64,000 nt of DNA, from assembly GCF_024298765.1 (NCBI RefSeq), contig NZ_CP101210.1. One strand, given 5' to 3'. A model generated the notes under the pieces. The model searched no databases. It saw nothing but the letters and a program-made list of their open reading frames with translations, and was not told the origin of the DNA. Made by a program: the position numbers and the translations under genes. This document shows, in pieces, positions 13,300-23,570 of this stretch (positions are counted from its first letter, which is position 1; each line of letters starts with the position of its first letter). Source of the stretch: Escherichia coli (GTDB lineage: Bacteria; Pseudomonadota; Gammaproteobacteria; Enterobacterales; Enterobacteriaceae).

Positions 13300-15723
13300 T
13301 TAAACCTTTTCGATCTGGACAAGATTGCTGTGCGACGGGTTTCCCTTTGCCAGCGGTGAAGGGCGGTGAGAGGTCAGAATATTGATACTGCCGCCGTGAT
13401 CGACCCGGTCACCAAACATATCCGCTTTAAGCCACGCACCTTGCCCGATGGCGGTAACGCCAGGCAGAATACGCGGAGTCACTTTTGCGGCAATCAGCAT
13501 TTCTCCATTATTGTTAAATACCCGCACGGTATCGCCATGACGGATACCGCGTGCCTGAGCATCAATAGGGTTGATCCACACCTCTTGTGGGCAGGCCTGC
13601 TGTAACACATCAATATTGCCGTAGCTGGAGTGGGTACGCGCTTTGTAGTGGAAGCCCGTTAGCTGCAGTGGATAGGTTTTCCGCAGGGGATCGTCCCAGC
13701 CATCAAAACCTGGGGTATACGCAGGAAGGGGATGAATAATTTCATCTTTTTTCAATTCCCAGGTATCCGCAATCGTCGCCAGTCGTTCAGAATAAATTTC
13801 GATTTTCCCCGAAGGTGTTTTCAACGGGTTTGCCTGTGGATCTTCACGGAATGCGCGGAAAGCGACGTAGTGTTCTTCAGGGCATTTTTTCTTAAAGATC
13901 CCGGTCGTTTTCATCTCCTCGTAGTCGGGCATCTCAGGGTTACGTTCCTTCGTTTTCGCATGGAGATATTTGATCCATTCGTGCTGACTGCGGCCTTCAG
14001 TAAAGGTTTGATAAACGTCTGGTCCTAAGCGTTTGGCAACTTCGCTCAGCATCCAGTAGATGGGTTTGCGTTCAAATTTTGCTGAGGTTGCGGGTTGGGC
14101 GAGGATCACATAGCCCATATTCCCGGCAGATTCATGAGAGATAAGGTCTTCTTGCTCTGTTGGCATCAGGTCGGGCAACAGGATATCGCAATACTTAGCC
14201 GAGGCAGTAATGAAGTGGTCAATGCCAACAATCATCTCGCACTTGCTGTCATCCTGAAGCACCTCATGGGTGTGATTGATGTCGCCATGTTGATTGATCA
14301 ATGTGTTACTGGCGTAGCACCATAAAAACTTGATGGGGACATCCAGTTTTTCTTTTCCACGAACACCATCACGGGTCGCGGTCATTTCCGTACCGTGGTC
14401 GATGGCATCTGTCCATGTAAAGACGGAAATCTGCGTTTTAACAGGATTCTCAAGCATCGGGAACCATTCTACCCCCAGATCCCAGCTACCTTCGCGTACA
14501 CCTGAGTTGCCGCCGTTTATGCCGACGTTACCGGTGAGAACGGAAAGCATGGCAATAGCGCGGGACGTTTGTTCGCCGTTGGAGTGTCGTTGTGGCCCCC
14601 AACCCTGACAAATATAAGCAGGTTTTGCTGAACCGATCTCTCGTGCCAACTGGATAATTTTTTCTGCCGGTATGCTGGTGATTTTTGCTGCCCATTCCGG
14701 CGTTTTAGCTATGCCGTCAGGCCCTTCGCCCAGAATATAGGCTTTATAATGCGCGTTACGTGGTGCGTTGGCGGGCAGCGTTTTTTCATCGTAACCAACA
14801 CAATATTTGTCGAGAAATGGCTGATCGACCATGTTTTCAGTAATCAGTACCCAGGCAATCGCACAGGCCAGTGCTCCATCGGTGCCAGGGCGAATGGGCA
14901 GCCATTCATCTTCACGTCCGGCAGCTGTGTCGTTATAACGTGGATCGATGACGATCATGCGTGCATTTGAACGTTCGCGGGCTTGCTCGACGTAGTAAGT
15001 GACACCACCGCCGCTCATCCGCGTTTCTGCCGGGTTATTTCCGAACATAACGACCAGTTTCGTATTGGCGATATCATCCGGGCTGTTGCCATCATTGGCA
15101 CCGAACATATAACTCATTGCGGCACTGATTTGAGCGGTACTGTAGCTGCCATAGCGACTGAGAAAACCACCGCAAGAGTTCATCAGACGGTACGGGACGT
15201 TCGAGTTGGTGATGTTTCCGCCATCTACGCCTGTTCCGTACAGGACATGTACAGCCTCATTGCCGTATTCTTTCAGGATCCGCCGAAGATTATCACTGAT
15301 GATATCCAGGGCTTCATCCCAACTTATCCGTTCAAATTTACCTTCACCGCGCTTGCCGACACGCTTCATGGGATATTTCAACCTATCAGGATGATTCATC
15401 CGTCGGCGGATAGAGCGCCCGCGTAAACACGCTCGAACCTGATGATTACCGTAGACGTCGTCACCTGTCGTATCAGACTCCACCCAGTACACGGTGTCAT
15501 CTTTCACATGCAAACGTAACAGACAGCGGCTCCCGCAGTTAACGGTGCAGGAACTCCAGACCGCTTTCTCTTCTACCGGTGCCTCTGCCGCTCGGACCAT
15601 TTGGGAAAATGGCAGAGTGAAAGCACTGCTTGCCAGCGCGAGACTGCCAAGTGCGGAGGTTTTCATCAGACTTCTACGGCTGATTTCAGCCTTCATGAGC
15701 GCCTCTGTGGTATGGATTTTCAT
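13300..15723 (-). CDS. ynfF: Molybdopterin oxidoreductase catalytic subunit, DmsA paralogue (807 aa)
   Basis: Twin-arginine signal (SRRSLMKTSALG) and Cys-cluster CTVNCGSRC; tandem paralogue of ynfE. Confidence 0.9.
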   Translation of the reverse strand: MKIHTTEALMKAEISRRSLMKTSALGSLALASSAFTLPFSQMVRAAEAPVEEKAVWSSCTVNCGSRCLLRLHVKDDTVYWVESDTTGDDVYGNHQVRACLRGRSIRRRMNHPDRLKYPMKRVGKRGEGKFERISWDEALDIISDNLRRILKEYGNEAVHVLYGTGVDGGNITNSNVPYRLMNSCGGFLSRYGSYSTAQISAAMSYMFGANDGNSPDDIANTKLVVMFGNNPAETRMSGGGVTYYVEQARERSNARMIVIDPRYNDTAAGREDEWLPIRPGTDGALACAIAWVLITENMVDQPFLDKYCVGYDEKTLPANAPRNAHYKAYILGEGPDGIAKTPEWAAKITSIPAEKIIQLAREIGSAKPAYICQGWGPQRHSNGEQTSRAIAMLSVLTGNVGINGGNSGVREGSWDLGVEWFPMLENPVKTQISVFTWTDAIDHGTEMTATRDGVRGKEKLDVPIKFLWCYASNTLINQHGDINHTHEVLQDDSKCEMIVGIDHFITASAKYCDILLPDLMPTEQEDLISHESAGNMGYVILAQPATSAKFERKPIYWMLSEVAKRLGPDVYQTFTEGRSQHEWIKYLHAKTKERNPEMPDYEEMKTTGIFKKKCPEEHYVAFRAFREDPQANPLKTPSGKIEIYSERLATIADTWELKKDEIIHPLPAYTPGFDGWDDPLRKTYPLQLTGFHYKARTHSSYGNIDVLQQACPQEVWINPIDAQARGIRHGDTVRVFNNNGEMLIAAKVTPRILPGVTAIGQGAWLKADMFGDRVDHGGSINILTSHRPSPLAKGNPSHSNLVQIEKV

Positions 15724-15783
15724 CATTACTCACTTATTGCTTTTCAAACAAAATGTCATGCCAGAATTTATGGTTGTAGTGGG

Positions 15784-18210
15784 TTATATTTTTTCGATCT
15801 CGACCAGATTAGTGTGCTGCGGGTTTCCCTTCGCCAGTGGTGAAGGGCGCAGAGTGGTTAGCGTATTCACACAGCCGCCATGGTCGATTTTATCGCCAGA
15901 CATATTGGCCTCGTGCCAGGCTCCCTGGCCCATAGCGCTAACCCCAGGGAGAATGCGTGGTGTCACTTTGGCTGGTAGCCGAACTTCGCCACGATGGTTA
16001 TACACCCGCACCATATCGCCGTTGGCAATCCCACGTTTCTGTGCGTCAATAGGGTTGATCCACACCTCCTGACGGCAGGCAGCCTTCAGGACATCAATGT
16101 TGCCGTAGGTCGAGTGAGTACGGGATTTGTAATGGAAACCAAACAGTTGCAGTGGAAAAGTACTACGTTCAGGGGAGTCCCAGCCTTCAAAGGTTGAGGC
16201 ATAAACCGGCAGTGGGCTTATCACTTCATCTTTTTCCAGTTCCCAGGTACGGGCAATTTCCGCCAGCTTGCTGGAATAAATTTCAATCTTACCGGAAGGC
16301 GTTTTAAGTGGATTTGCCTCGGGGTCGTCACGAAATGCTTTGTAGGCGACAAAATGACCATTGGGATCTTTACGCTTATAGATACCCATTTTTTTCAGTT
16401 CGTCGTAAGACGGTAACGCCGGATCTTTGGCAAGCATTTTGGCGTACAGATGTTGTAACCATTGTTCCTGCGTGCGACCTTCTGTGAACTTTTGATAGAC
16501 GTCAGGTCCAAGACGTTTCGCGACCTCACTCAGGATCCAGTAAATCGGTTTGCGTTCGAATTTTTCGCTGGTGACTGGCTGAAGGAAAATGAGATATCCC
16601 ATGTTACCGGCGTAGTCGTTAGGAATAATATCTTCCTGCTCAACGGTCATCAGGTCTGGCAGCAGAATGTCGGCATATTTTGCCGATGAGGTCATAAAGT
16701 TTTCGATGACCACAATCATTTCGCATTTCGATTCGTCCTGCAGAATTTCATGCGTTTTGTTGATGTCAGAATGCTGATTAACCAGGGTATTTCCCGCGTA
16801 GTTCCAGATGAACTTAATGGGCACATCCAGTTTATCTTTGCCCCGGACGCCGTCGCGGATTGCCGTCATTTGCGGGCCATGATCGATAGCATCCGTCCAG
16901 CTGAAGCAGGAGATTGACGTTTTGACCGGATTATCCAGCACCGGCAGGCGTTCTATGGTAATGGTATAGGTCGATTCACGCGCGCCACTATTCCCGCCGC
17001 TGATGCCGACATTGCCCGTCAGAATAGGCAACATCGCAATAGCGCGTGCAGTCAGCTCGCCGTTTGCCTGGCGTTGCGGTCCCCAGCCCTGGCAGATATA
17101 AGCGGGTTTTGCTGTGCCAATTTCACGCGCCAGTTTGATGATACGGTCCACCGGGATACCGGTAATTTGCGAAGCCCACTGCGGCGTTTTCGCTGTTTTG
17201 TCGTCTCCTTCACCAAGAATATAGGCTTTATAGTGACCATTTTTTGGTGCATCTGCGGGTAAGGTTTTTTCGTCATAGCCGACGCAGTATTTATCGAGAA
17301 AAGGTTGATCAACGAGATTTTCGTTAATCAATACCCAGGCAATACCCGCAACCAGCGCGGCATCGGTGCCCGGGCGAATAGGAAGCCATTCGTCTTCACG
17401 ACCGGCAGCCGTATCGGTATATCGCGGATCGATAACAATCATTTTTGCGTTCGATTTCTCGCGCGCTTTTTCAAGAAGATAAGTGATGCCACCACCGCTC
17501 ATGCGGGTTTCTGCCGGGTTGTTACCAAACATCACGACCAGCTTGCTGTTTTCAATATCCGTTGTGCTGTTGCCATCATTACTGCCGTAGGTGTAGGGCA
17601 TGGCACAGGAGATTTGCGCGGTGCTGTAGGAGCCATACTGGTTGAGTGAACCGCCGTAGCAGTTCATCAGGCGTTTGACCGCCGAGGCGGATGGCGAAGA
17701 GCGGGTCATATTGCCGCCAACAATCCCCGAAGAGTACTGAATATATACAGCCTCATTGCCATATTGTTCGACGGTTTTTTTCAGGCTACTGGCGATAGTA
17801 TCCAGGGCTTCATCCCAGCTAATCCGTTCGAATTTGCCTTCGCCGCGTTTGCCCACGCGTTTCATTGGGTAATTCAAGCGGTCGGGATGATTAATACGCC
17901 GACGGATGGAGCGACCGCGCAAACAGGCGCGTACTTGATGATTGCCATACTCATCGCTGCCGGTGTTGTCAGTTTCCACCCAGGTCACTTCATTATCTTT
18001 AACATGTAGACGAAGTGCACAGCGGCTACCACAGTTGACGGAACAGGCACCCCAGACCACTTTTTCGCTGGCTTGTTGTACCGCTGCCGCTGCACTGCGC
18101 AGGGTGAACGGTAAAGAAAAACCGCCTGCAGCCAGCGCCAGAGAACCTATCGCGGTAGATTTAACGAGTGTTCTGCGGCTGATGCCCACCATTTGTTCAT
18201 TTTTGGACAT
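15784..18210 (-). CDS. ynfE: Molybdopterin oxidoreductase catalytic subunit, DmsA paralogue (808 aa)
   Basis: Twin-arginine signal (SRRTLVKSTAIG) and CSVNCGSRC; highly similar to ynfF along its whole length. Confidence 0.9.
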   Translation of the reverse strand: MSKNEQMVGISRRTLVKSTAIGSLALAAGGFSLPFTLRSAAAAVQQASEKVVWGACSVNCGSRCALRLHVKDNEVTWVETDNTGSDEYGNHQVRACLRGRSIRRRINHPDRLNYPMKRVGKRGEGKFERISWDEALDTIASSLKKTVEQYGNEAVYIQYSSGIVGGNMTRSSPSASAVKRLMNCYGGSLNQYGSYSTAQISCAMPYTYGSNDGNSTTDIENSKLVVMFGNNPAETRMSGGGITYLLEKAREKSNAKMIVIDPRYTDTAAGREDEWLPIRPGTDAALVAGIAWVLINENLVDQPFLDKYCVGYDEKTLPADAPKNGHYKAYILGEGDDKTAKTPQWASQITGIPVDRIIKLAREIGTAKPAYICQGWGPQRQANGELTARAIAMLPILTGNVGISGGNSGARESTYTITIERLPVLDNPVKTSISCFSWTDAIDHGPQMTAIRDGVRGKDKLDVPIKFIWNYAGNTLVNQHSDINKTHEILQDESKCEMIVVIENFMTSSAKYADILLPDLMTVEQEDIIPNDYAGNMGYLIFLQPVTSEKFERKPIYWILSEVAKRLGPDVYQKFTEGRTQEQWLQHLYAKMLAKDPALPSYDELKKMGIYKRKDPNGHFVAYKAFRDDPEANPLKTPSGKIEIYSSKLAEIARTWELEKDEVISPLPVYASTFEGWDSPERSTFPLQLFGFHYKSRTHSTYGNIDVLKAACRQEVWINPIDAQKRGIANGDMVRVYNHRGEVRLPAKVTPRILPGVSAMGQGAWHEANMSGDKIDHGGCVNTLTTLRPSPLAKGNPQHTNLVEIEKI

Positions 18211-18408
18211 AACTCACTCCCTGTTCTTTATCGTTATATAAAAGTTTATATATTGAATATTTAGCGCGCTAACAATAGAGGGAGTCTACCTATTTTGGGT
18301 TAAGAATTATTAATCCATATCAATAGAAGGGTATGAGTAATAAGGTGGGATTATGTTGTATATTCAAATCGCCGGATGTGTCGTATCCGGCGTGCAGTCG
18401 ATAATGTA

Positions 18409-18714
18409 TTACTGCGGTTCGGCAGGCGCGCCATCCTGGGTAGACTGCGCGGGAGCAGAGACGTTACCGCTGGTGGTGCGGGTGTAGAGAATTTTATGCG
18501 TATCATTAGCGCAATGCCCGACGACCTGGGAATCAGGCTGATCAACCTGGTCATTGGGTACAATACTTAACGTGAAGCTGCTTTCGGGTACGCCATTATT
18601 GATAATGCGCTGTGATATATCGCTCTGTATGCGCTCACAGGATCCCGGCGCGGCGAGTACCGCGGGTGAGGCGAGGGCGAGCAGAAGCGCGGCACAGCAG
18701 GTTGAGCGTTTCAT
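18409..18714 (-). CDS. ynfD: Small secreted protein (101 aa)
   Basis: Signal peptide MKRSTCCAALLLALASPAVLA; start placed at Met15 of the track ORF. Confidence 0.78.
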   Translation of the reverse strand: MKRSTCCAALLLALASPAVLAAPGSCERIQSDISQRIINNGVPESSFTLSIVPNDQVDQPDSQVVGHCANDTHKILYTRTTSGNVSAPAQSTQDGAPAEPQ

Positions 18715-18821
18715 CATAAGCTCCTTACGCGAAGATAACTTCTTTAAGCATAGCATTTAACGTGTAAAGTACTGTATTTGCTACTATGATTGAGAATCAT
18801 CTCTACTCTCTGGTGACTGTT

Positions 18822-19532
18822 GTGAAATACAAATTACTGCCATGCTTACTCGCGATATTCCTCACAGGATGTGACCGCACAGAGGTAACACTTTCATTTA
18901 CCCCTGAGATGGCCAGTTTCTCTAATGAATTCGATTTTGATCCGCTGTGTGGTCCGGTAAAAGATTTCACTCAGACATTAATGGATGAGCAAGGTGAAGT
19001 GACGAAACGTGTTTCGGGGACTTTGTCGGAAGAAGGCTGTTTTGATTCACTCGAATTACTGGATCTGGAAAATAATACCGTGGTTGCCCTGGTACTGGAC
19101 GCCAATTATTACCGTGATGCCCAGACACTGGAGAAGAGAGTTCGTTTGCAGGGAAAATGCCAGCTAGCAGAATTACCTTCTGCCGGGGTGAGCTGGGAAA
19201 CCGATGATAATGGCTTTGTGATTAAAGCCAGCAGCAAACAGATGCAGATGGAATATCGCTATGATGATCAGGGGTATCCGCTGGGTAAAACCACGAAAAG
19301 TAACGACAAAACATTATCTGTCAGCGCTACGCCATCAACGGATCCGATCAAAAAATTAGATTACACAGCGGTTACTTTACTGAATAATCAAAGGGTTGGT
19401 AATGTAAAACAGAGCTGTGAATATGACAGTCACGCCAATCCGGTGGACTGTCAGCTAATCATTGTTGATGAAGGAGTAAAACCCGCCGTCGAACGGGTTT
19501 ACACCATCAAAAATACTATCGATTATTATTAA
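18822..19532 (+). CDS. ynfC: Lipoprotein (236 aa), probable GTG start
   Basis: Lipobox LTGC after a hydrophobic leader (KYKLLPCLLAIFLTGC); GTG at 18822 gives the recalled 236 aa. Confidence 0.72.
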   Translation: MKYKLLPCLLAIFLTGCDRTEVTLSFTPEMASFSNEFDFDPLCGPVKDFTQTLMDEQGEVTKRVSGTLSEEGCFDSLELLDLENNTVVALVLDANYYRDAQTLEKRVRLQGKCQLAELPSAGVSWETDDNGFVIKASSKQMQMEYRYDDQGYPLGKTTKSNDKTLSVSATPSTDPIKKLDYTAVTLLNNQRVGNVKQSCEYDSHANPVDCQLIIVDEGVKPAVERVYTIKNTIDYY

Positions 19533-19534
19533 TG

Positions 19535-20095
19535 CTATTGTGCGGTCGGCTTCAGGAGAGTCTGACCCGGTGTTTTGTGCTCTGCCAGATACTGATGCTG
19601 GAATATGCACATGCGAATGGCATTACGATATTGACCATTAATAAAGAACTCATGCATCAATTCACCTTCAACCGTAAAGCCAAGCTTGCGGTAAATGTGA
19701 ATCGCTTTTTCATTCTCTTTATCGACGATCAGATACAGCTTATAGAGATTGAGAACGGTGAAGCCATAGTCCATTGCTAATTTTGCGGCACGCGTTGCCA
19801 GACCTTTCCCCTGATATTCCGGGGAGATAATTATCTGAAATTCTGCGCGGCGATGAACATGGTTAATTTCCACCAGCTCCACCAGACCGGCTTTTTCGCC
19901 GTCACATTCCACCACAAAGCGCCGTTCGCTCTGATCGTGAATATGCTTATCGTACAGATCAGAGAGTTCAACAAAGGCTTCGTAGGGTTCCTCAAACCAG
20001 TAACGCATCACACTGGCGTTATTGTCGAGTTGATGTACATAGCGTAAATCTTCACGCTCCAGCGGGCGTAGCTTAACACTGTGGGCGCTTGGCAT
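19535..20095 (-). CDS. speG: Spermidine N1-acetyltransferase (186 aa)
   Basis: Full-length match to the recalled SpeG sequence ([41 protein letters not shown]...); GNAT fold. Confidence 0.95.
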   Translation of the reverse strand: MPSAHSVKLRPLEREDLRYVHQLDNNASVMRYWFEEPYEAFVELSDLYDKHIHDQSERRFVVECDGEKAGLVELVEINHVHRRAEFQIIISPEYQGKGLATRAAKLAMDYGFTVLNLYKLYLIVDKENEKAIHIYRKLGFTVEGELMHEFFINGQYRNAIRMCIFQHQYLAEHKTPGQTLLKPTAQ

Positions 20096-20129
20096 AACGT
20101 GTCCTTACATTCCTTAAATCAATAACAGG

Positions 20130-20471
20130 TTAGGGGGTAATAACGCGGCCAGTTCGACGGTCCAGGCAGCGCAAAGTATTTGGCTCCCAGTAGGCATTGA
20201 TGTTGGCGCTTTGCTCACATTTATCGCGGTTATCAAAAGCAGCGTCGGCTTTATCCCACTCTTTTTCAGTGCGTTTATTCACTTTCTGGCGCAGATTACG
20301 CGTGTCATTCCATTGCTCTTTTTCCATAGCGGCGCGCTGGCGGCTTTGTGCACTGTCGCCAGACTCAATCACCAGTTTGTTATTTTCGGCATGAACAGTT
20401 GTGCTCAATGCCAGTGCGCAAGGCAGCAGAAAAGCGAGCAGGCCGATTCGTTTGCTGAGAGTGATTTTCAT
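20130..20471 (-). CDS. ynfB: Secreted protein of unknown function (113 aa)
   Basis: Signal peptide followed by a charged region; synteny with speG and ynfA. Confidence 0.8.
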   Translation of the reverse strand: MKITLSKRIGLLAFLLPCALALSTTVHAENNKLVIESGDSAQSRQRAAMEKEQWNDTRNLRQKVNKRTEKEWDKADAAFDNRDKCEQSANINAYWEPNTLRCLDRRTGRVITP

Positions 20472-20605
20472 AATTCATTCCCTGTATGAATGATTAAAGC
20501 TGATTCTACACCATCCACTGCGAACGCAAAACGTTCAAGGAGGGTGTTTATATTGATGATATTATGTCGCCCTATAACTATACGTGATGTCAATAAGTGA
20601 CAAAG

Positions 20606-20932
20606 ATGATTAAAACAACGTTACTATTTTTTGCTACTGCGCTGTGTGAAATTATTGGATGCTTTCTGCCCTGGTTGTGGTTAAAACGAAACGCCAGTAT
20701 CTGGCTGTTGCTTCCGGCGGGGATTTCACTGGCGCTGTTTGTCTGGTTGTTAACGTTGCATCCTGCGGCGAGTGGGCGTGTTTACGCCGCTTATGGTGGC
20801 GTTTATGTCTGCACGGCGTTGATGTGGCTGCGCGTTGTGGATGGCGTGAAACTGAGTCTTTATGACTGGACGGGGGCGTTGATTGCGCTTTGCGGCATGT
20901 TGATCATTGTTGCGGGCTGGGGGCGCACGTAG
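20606..20932 (+). CDS. ynfA: Small inner-membrane protein (108 aa)
   Basis: Four-helix hydrophobic ORF beginning [26 protein letters not shown]. Confidence 0.8.
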   Translation: MIKTTLLFFATALCEIIGCFLPWLWLKRNASIWLLLPAGISLALFVWLLTLHPAASGRVYAAYGGVYVCTALMWLRVVDGVKLSLYDWTGALIALCGMLIIVAGWGRT

Positions 20933-21137
20933 GAATATAAATCCCTTTTATCAATAAGATACGAGGATGTGTCAGCTGACAAAAGGTATTCTATTTCATC
21001 TTTTGTCAACCATTCACGGCGCAAATATACGCCTTTTTTTGTGATCACTCCGGCTTTTTTTGATCTTCATACTTGTATGGTAGTAGCTCAGTTGCGTAGA
21101 TTTCATGCATCACGACAAGCGATGCAAGGAATCGAAC

Positions 21138-22352
21138 ATGAAGATCGTAAAGGCTGAAGTTTTTGTTACCTGTCCGGGGCGTAATTTCGTCACATTAAAA
21201 ATCACCACTGAGGACGGTATTACGGGCCTTGGGGATGCCACCCTAAATGGACGTGAGCTTTCCGTGGCCTCTTATTTGCAGGATCACCTTTGTCCGCAGC
21301 TTATTGGTCGCGATGCACACCGTATCGAAGATATCTGGCAGTTTTTCTATAAAGGTGCTTACTGGCGTCGCGGCCCGGTGACGATGTCGGCCATTTCAGC
21401 GGTTGATATGGCGCTGTGGGATATTAAAGCCAAAGCTGCCAACATGCCGCTTTACCAGTTACTCGGCGGCGCGTCTCGTGAAGGGGTGATGGTTTATTGC
21501 CATACCACCGGTCACAGTATTGATGAAGCTCTGGATGATTATGCTCGTCATCAGGAGCTGGGATTCAAAGCCATCCGCGTGCAGTGCGGAATCCCTGGTA
21601 TGAAAACCACCTACGGCATGTCGAAAGGTAAAGGTCTGGCTTATGAACCCGCAACTAAAGGACAGTGGCCGGAAGAGCAGCTGTGGTCGACGGAGAAATA
21701 CCTCGATTTCATGCCGAAATTGTTTGACGCGGTACGTAACAAGTTTGGTTTTAATGAACATTTGCTGCATGACATGCACCATCGCTTAACGCCTATTGAA
21801 GCGGCGCGCTTTGGTAAAAGCATTGAAGATTATCGCATGTTCTGGATGGAAGACCCGACGCCTGCGGAAAACCAGGAATGCTTCCGTCTCATTCGCCAAC
21901 ATACCGTCACACCCATCGCGGTGGGTGAAGTCTTCAACAGCATCTGGGACTGCAAGCAACTGATTGAAGAGCAACTTATCGATTATATCCGTACCACGCT
22001 GACCCATGCAGGCGGAATTACCGGTATGCGCCGGATTGCCGATTTTGCTTCGCTGTATCAGGTACGTACTGGCTCACACGGTCCTTCCGATTTGTCACCA
22101 GTCTGCATGGCTGCGGCGCTGCACTTTGATCTGTGGGTCCCCAATTTCGGTGTCCAGGAGTACATGGGTTATTCCGAACAAATGCTTGAAGTCTTCCCGC
22201 ACAACTGGACTTTCGATAACGGCTATATGCATCCGGGAGACAAACCGGGTCTTGGCATCGAATTCGATGAAAAGCTGGCGGCGAAATATCCCTATGAACC
22301 TGCTTATCTGCCAGTCGCACGTCTGGAAGATGGCACGCTGTGGAACTGGTAA
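21138..22352 (+). CDS. rspA: Enolase-superfamily mannonate dehydratase-like starvation-sensing protein (404 aa)
   Basis: [41 protein letters not shown]-terminus; AAGGA RBS before the ATG at 21138. Confidence 0.9.
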
Positions 22353-22363
22353 GGAGTAAGATA

Positions 22364-23383
22364 ATGAAAAGCATTTTAATTGAAAAACCGAATCAACTGG
22401 CAATTATCGAACGCGAAATACCCACCCCGTCAGCGGGTGAAGTACGAGTAAAAGTGAAACTTGCCGGAATTTGTGGTTCAGATAGCCATATTTATCGTGG
22501 GCATAATCCTTTTGCGAAATATCCGCGCGTCATTGGTCATGAATTCTTTGGCGTCATTGATGCAGTGGGTGAAGGCGTGGAAAGCGCCAGAGTCGGTGAA
22601 CGCGTTGCTGTCGATCCGGTGGTCAGCTGTGGGCATTGCTATCCGTGCTCTATAGGTAAGCCGAACGTTTGTACGACACTGGCTGTATTAGGTGTGCACG
22701 CTGACGGTGGTTTCAGTGAATATGCCGTGGTTCCGGCAAAAAATGCGTGGAAAATTCCTGAAGCAGTGGCCGATCAATATGCGGTGATGATCGAACCTTT
22801 TACCATTGCGGCTAACGTTACCGGTCATGGTCAACCGACTGAAAATGATACCGTTCTGGTTTACGGTGCCGGTCCAATCGGCCTGACGATCGTTCAGGTA
22901 TTAAAAGGCGTCTATAACGTTAAAAATGTGATTGTTGCCGATCGCATTGATGAACGACTGGAAAAAGCGAAAGAGAGCGGGGCAGACTGGGCGATTAATA
23001 ACAGCCAGACACCGCTTGGCGAGAGTTTCGCTGAAAAAGGCATCAAGCCGACATTAATTATCGATGCGGCTTGTCATCCTTCTATCCTGAAAGAGGCTGT
23101 AACGCTGGCTTCTCCAGCGGCACGTATTGTATTGATGGGCTTCTCCAGTGAACCGTCTGAAGTGATTCAGCAAGGAATTACCGGAAAAGAACTCTCTATT
23201 TTCTCTTCACGCTTAAATGCAAATAAATTTCCGGTCGTTATCGACTGGTTAAGTAAAGGGTTAATTAAACCAGAAAAATTAATTACCCATACGTTTGATT
23301 TCCAGCATGTTGCTGATGCCATTAGTTTATTTGAACAGGATCAAAAACATTGCTGCAAAGTCTTACTCACTTTTTCTGAATAA
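22364..23383 (+). CDS. rspB: Zn-dependent alcohol dehydrogenase-family oxidoreductase (339 aa)
   Basis: GHEFFG zinc-binding motif and GAGPIG Rossmann motif; AAGGAG RBS. Confidence 0.9.
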   Translation: MKSILIEKPNQLAIIEREIPTPSAGEVRVKVKLAGICGSDSHIYRGHNPFAKYPRVIGHEFFGVIDAVGEGVESARVGERVAVDPVVSCGHCYPCSIGKPNVCTTLAVLGVHADGGFSEYAVVPAKNAWKIPEAVADQYAVMIEPFTIAANVTGHGQPTENDTVLVYGAGPIGLTIVQVLKGVYNVKNVIVADRIDERLEKAKESGADWAINNSQTPLGESFAEKGIKPTLIIDAACHPSILKEAVTLASPAARIVLMGFSSEPSEVIQQGITGKELSIFSSRLNANKFPVVIDWLSKGLIKPEKLITHTFDFQHVADAISLFEQDQKHCCKVLLTFSE

Positions 23384-23440
23384 TACCAATAACGGCGAGT
23401 AAGTAGTACGCATCTTACCTCTTTTTTAGAGATAACCATT

Positions 23441-23533
23441 ATGACAATAGAAAAACACGAAAGAAGCACTAAGGATTTGGTGAAAGCAGCAGTATCGGGA
23501 TGGCTGGGCACTGCGCTTGAATTTATGGATTTC
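23441..23533 (+). pseudogene. ydfJ: 5' fragment of an MFS transporter gene interrupted by prophage insertion
   Basis: Encodes MTIEKHERSTKDLVKAAVSGWLGTALEFMDF, recalled as the YdfJ N-terminus, then diverges into phage DNA and terminates within a few codons. Confidence 0.6.
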
Positions 23534-23570
23534 AAGAGTCATACGTGTCAACTATTTGATAAATATTAAA

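Noticed and set aside
12703-13385. Plus-strand ORFs of 66-193 aa (12703-12903, 12779-13189, 12804-13385) antisense to ynfG and ynfF
   Set aside because: Antisense to a ferredoxin gene with four intact Cys motifs; no RBS; compositionally atypical.
17052-17649. Short ORFs on both strands inside ynfE and similar ones inside ynfF
   Set aside because: Nested within long, well-supported molybdoenzyme genes.
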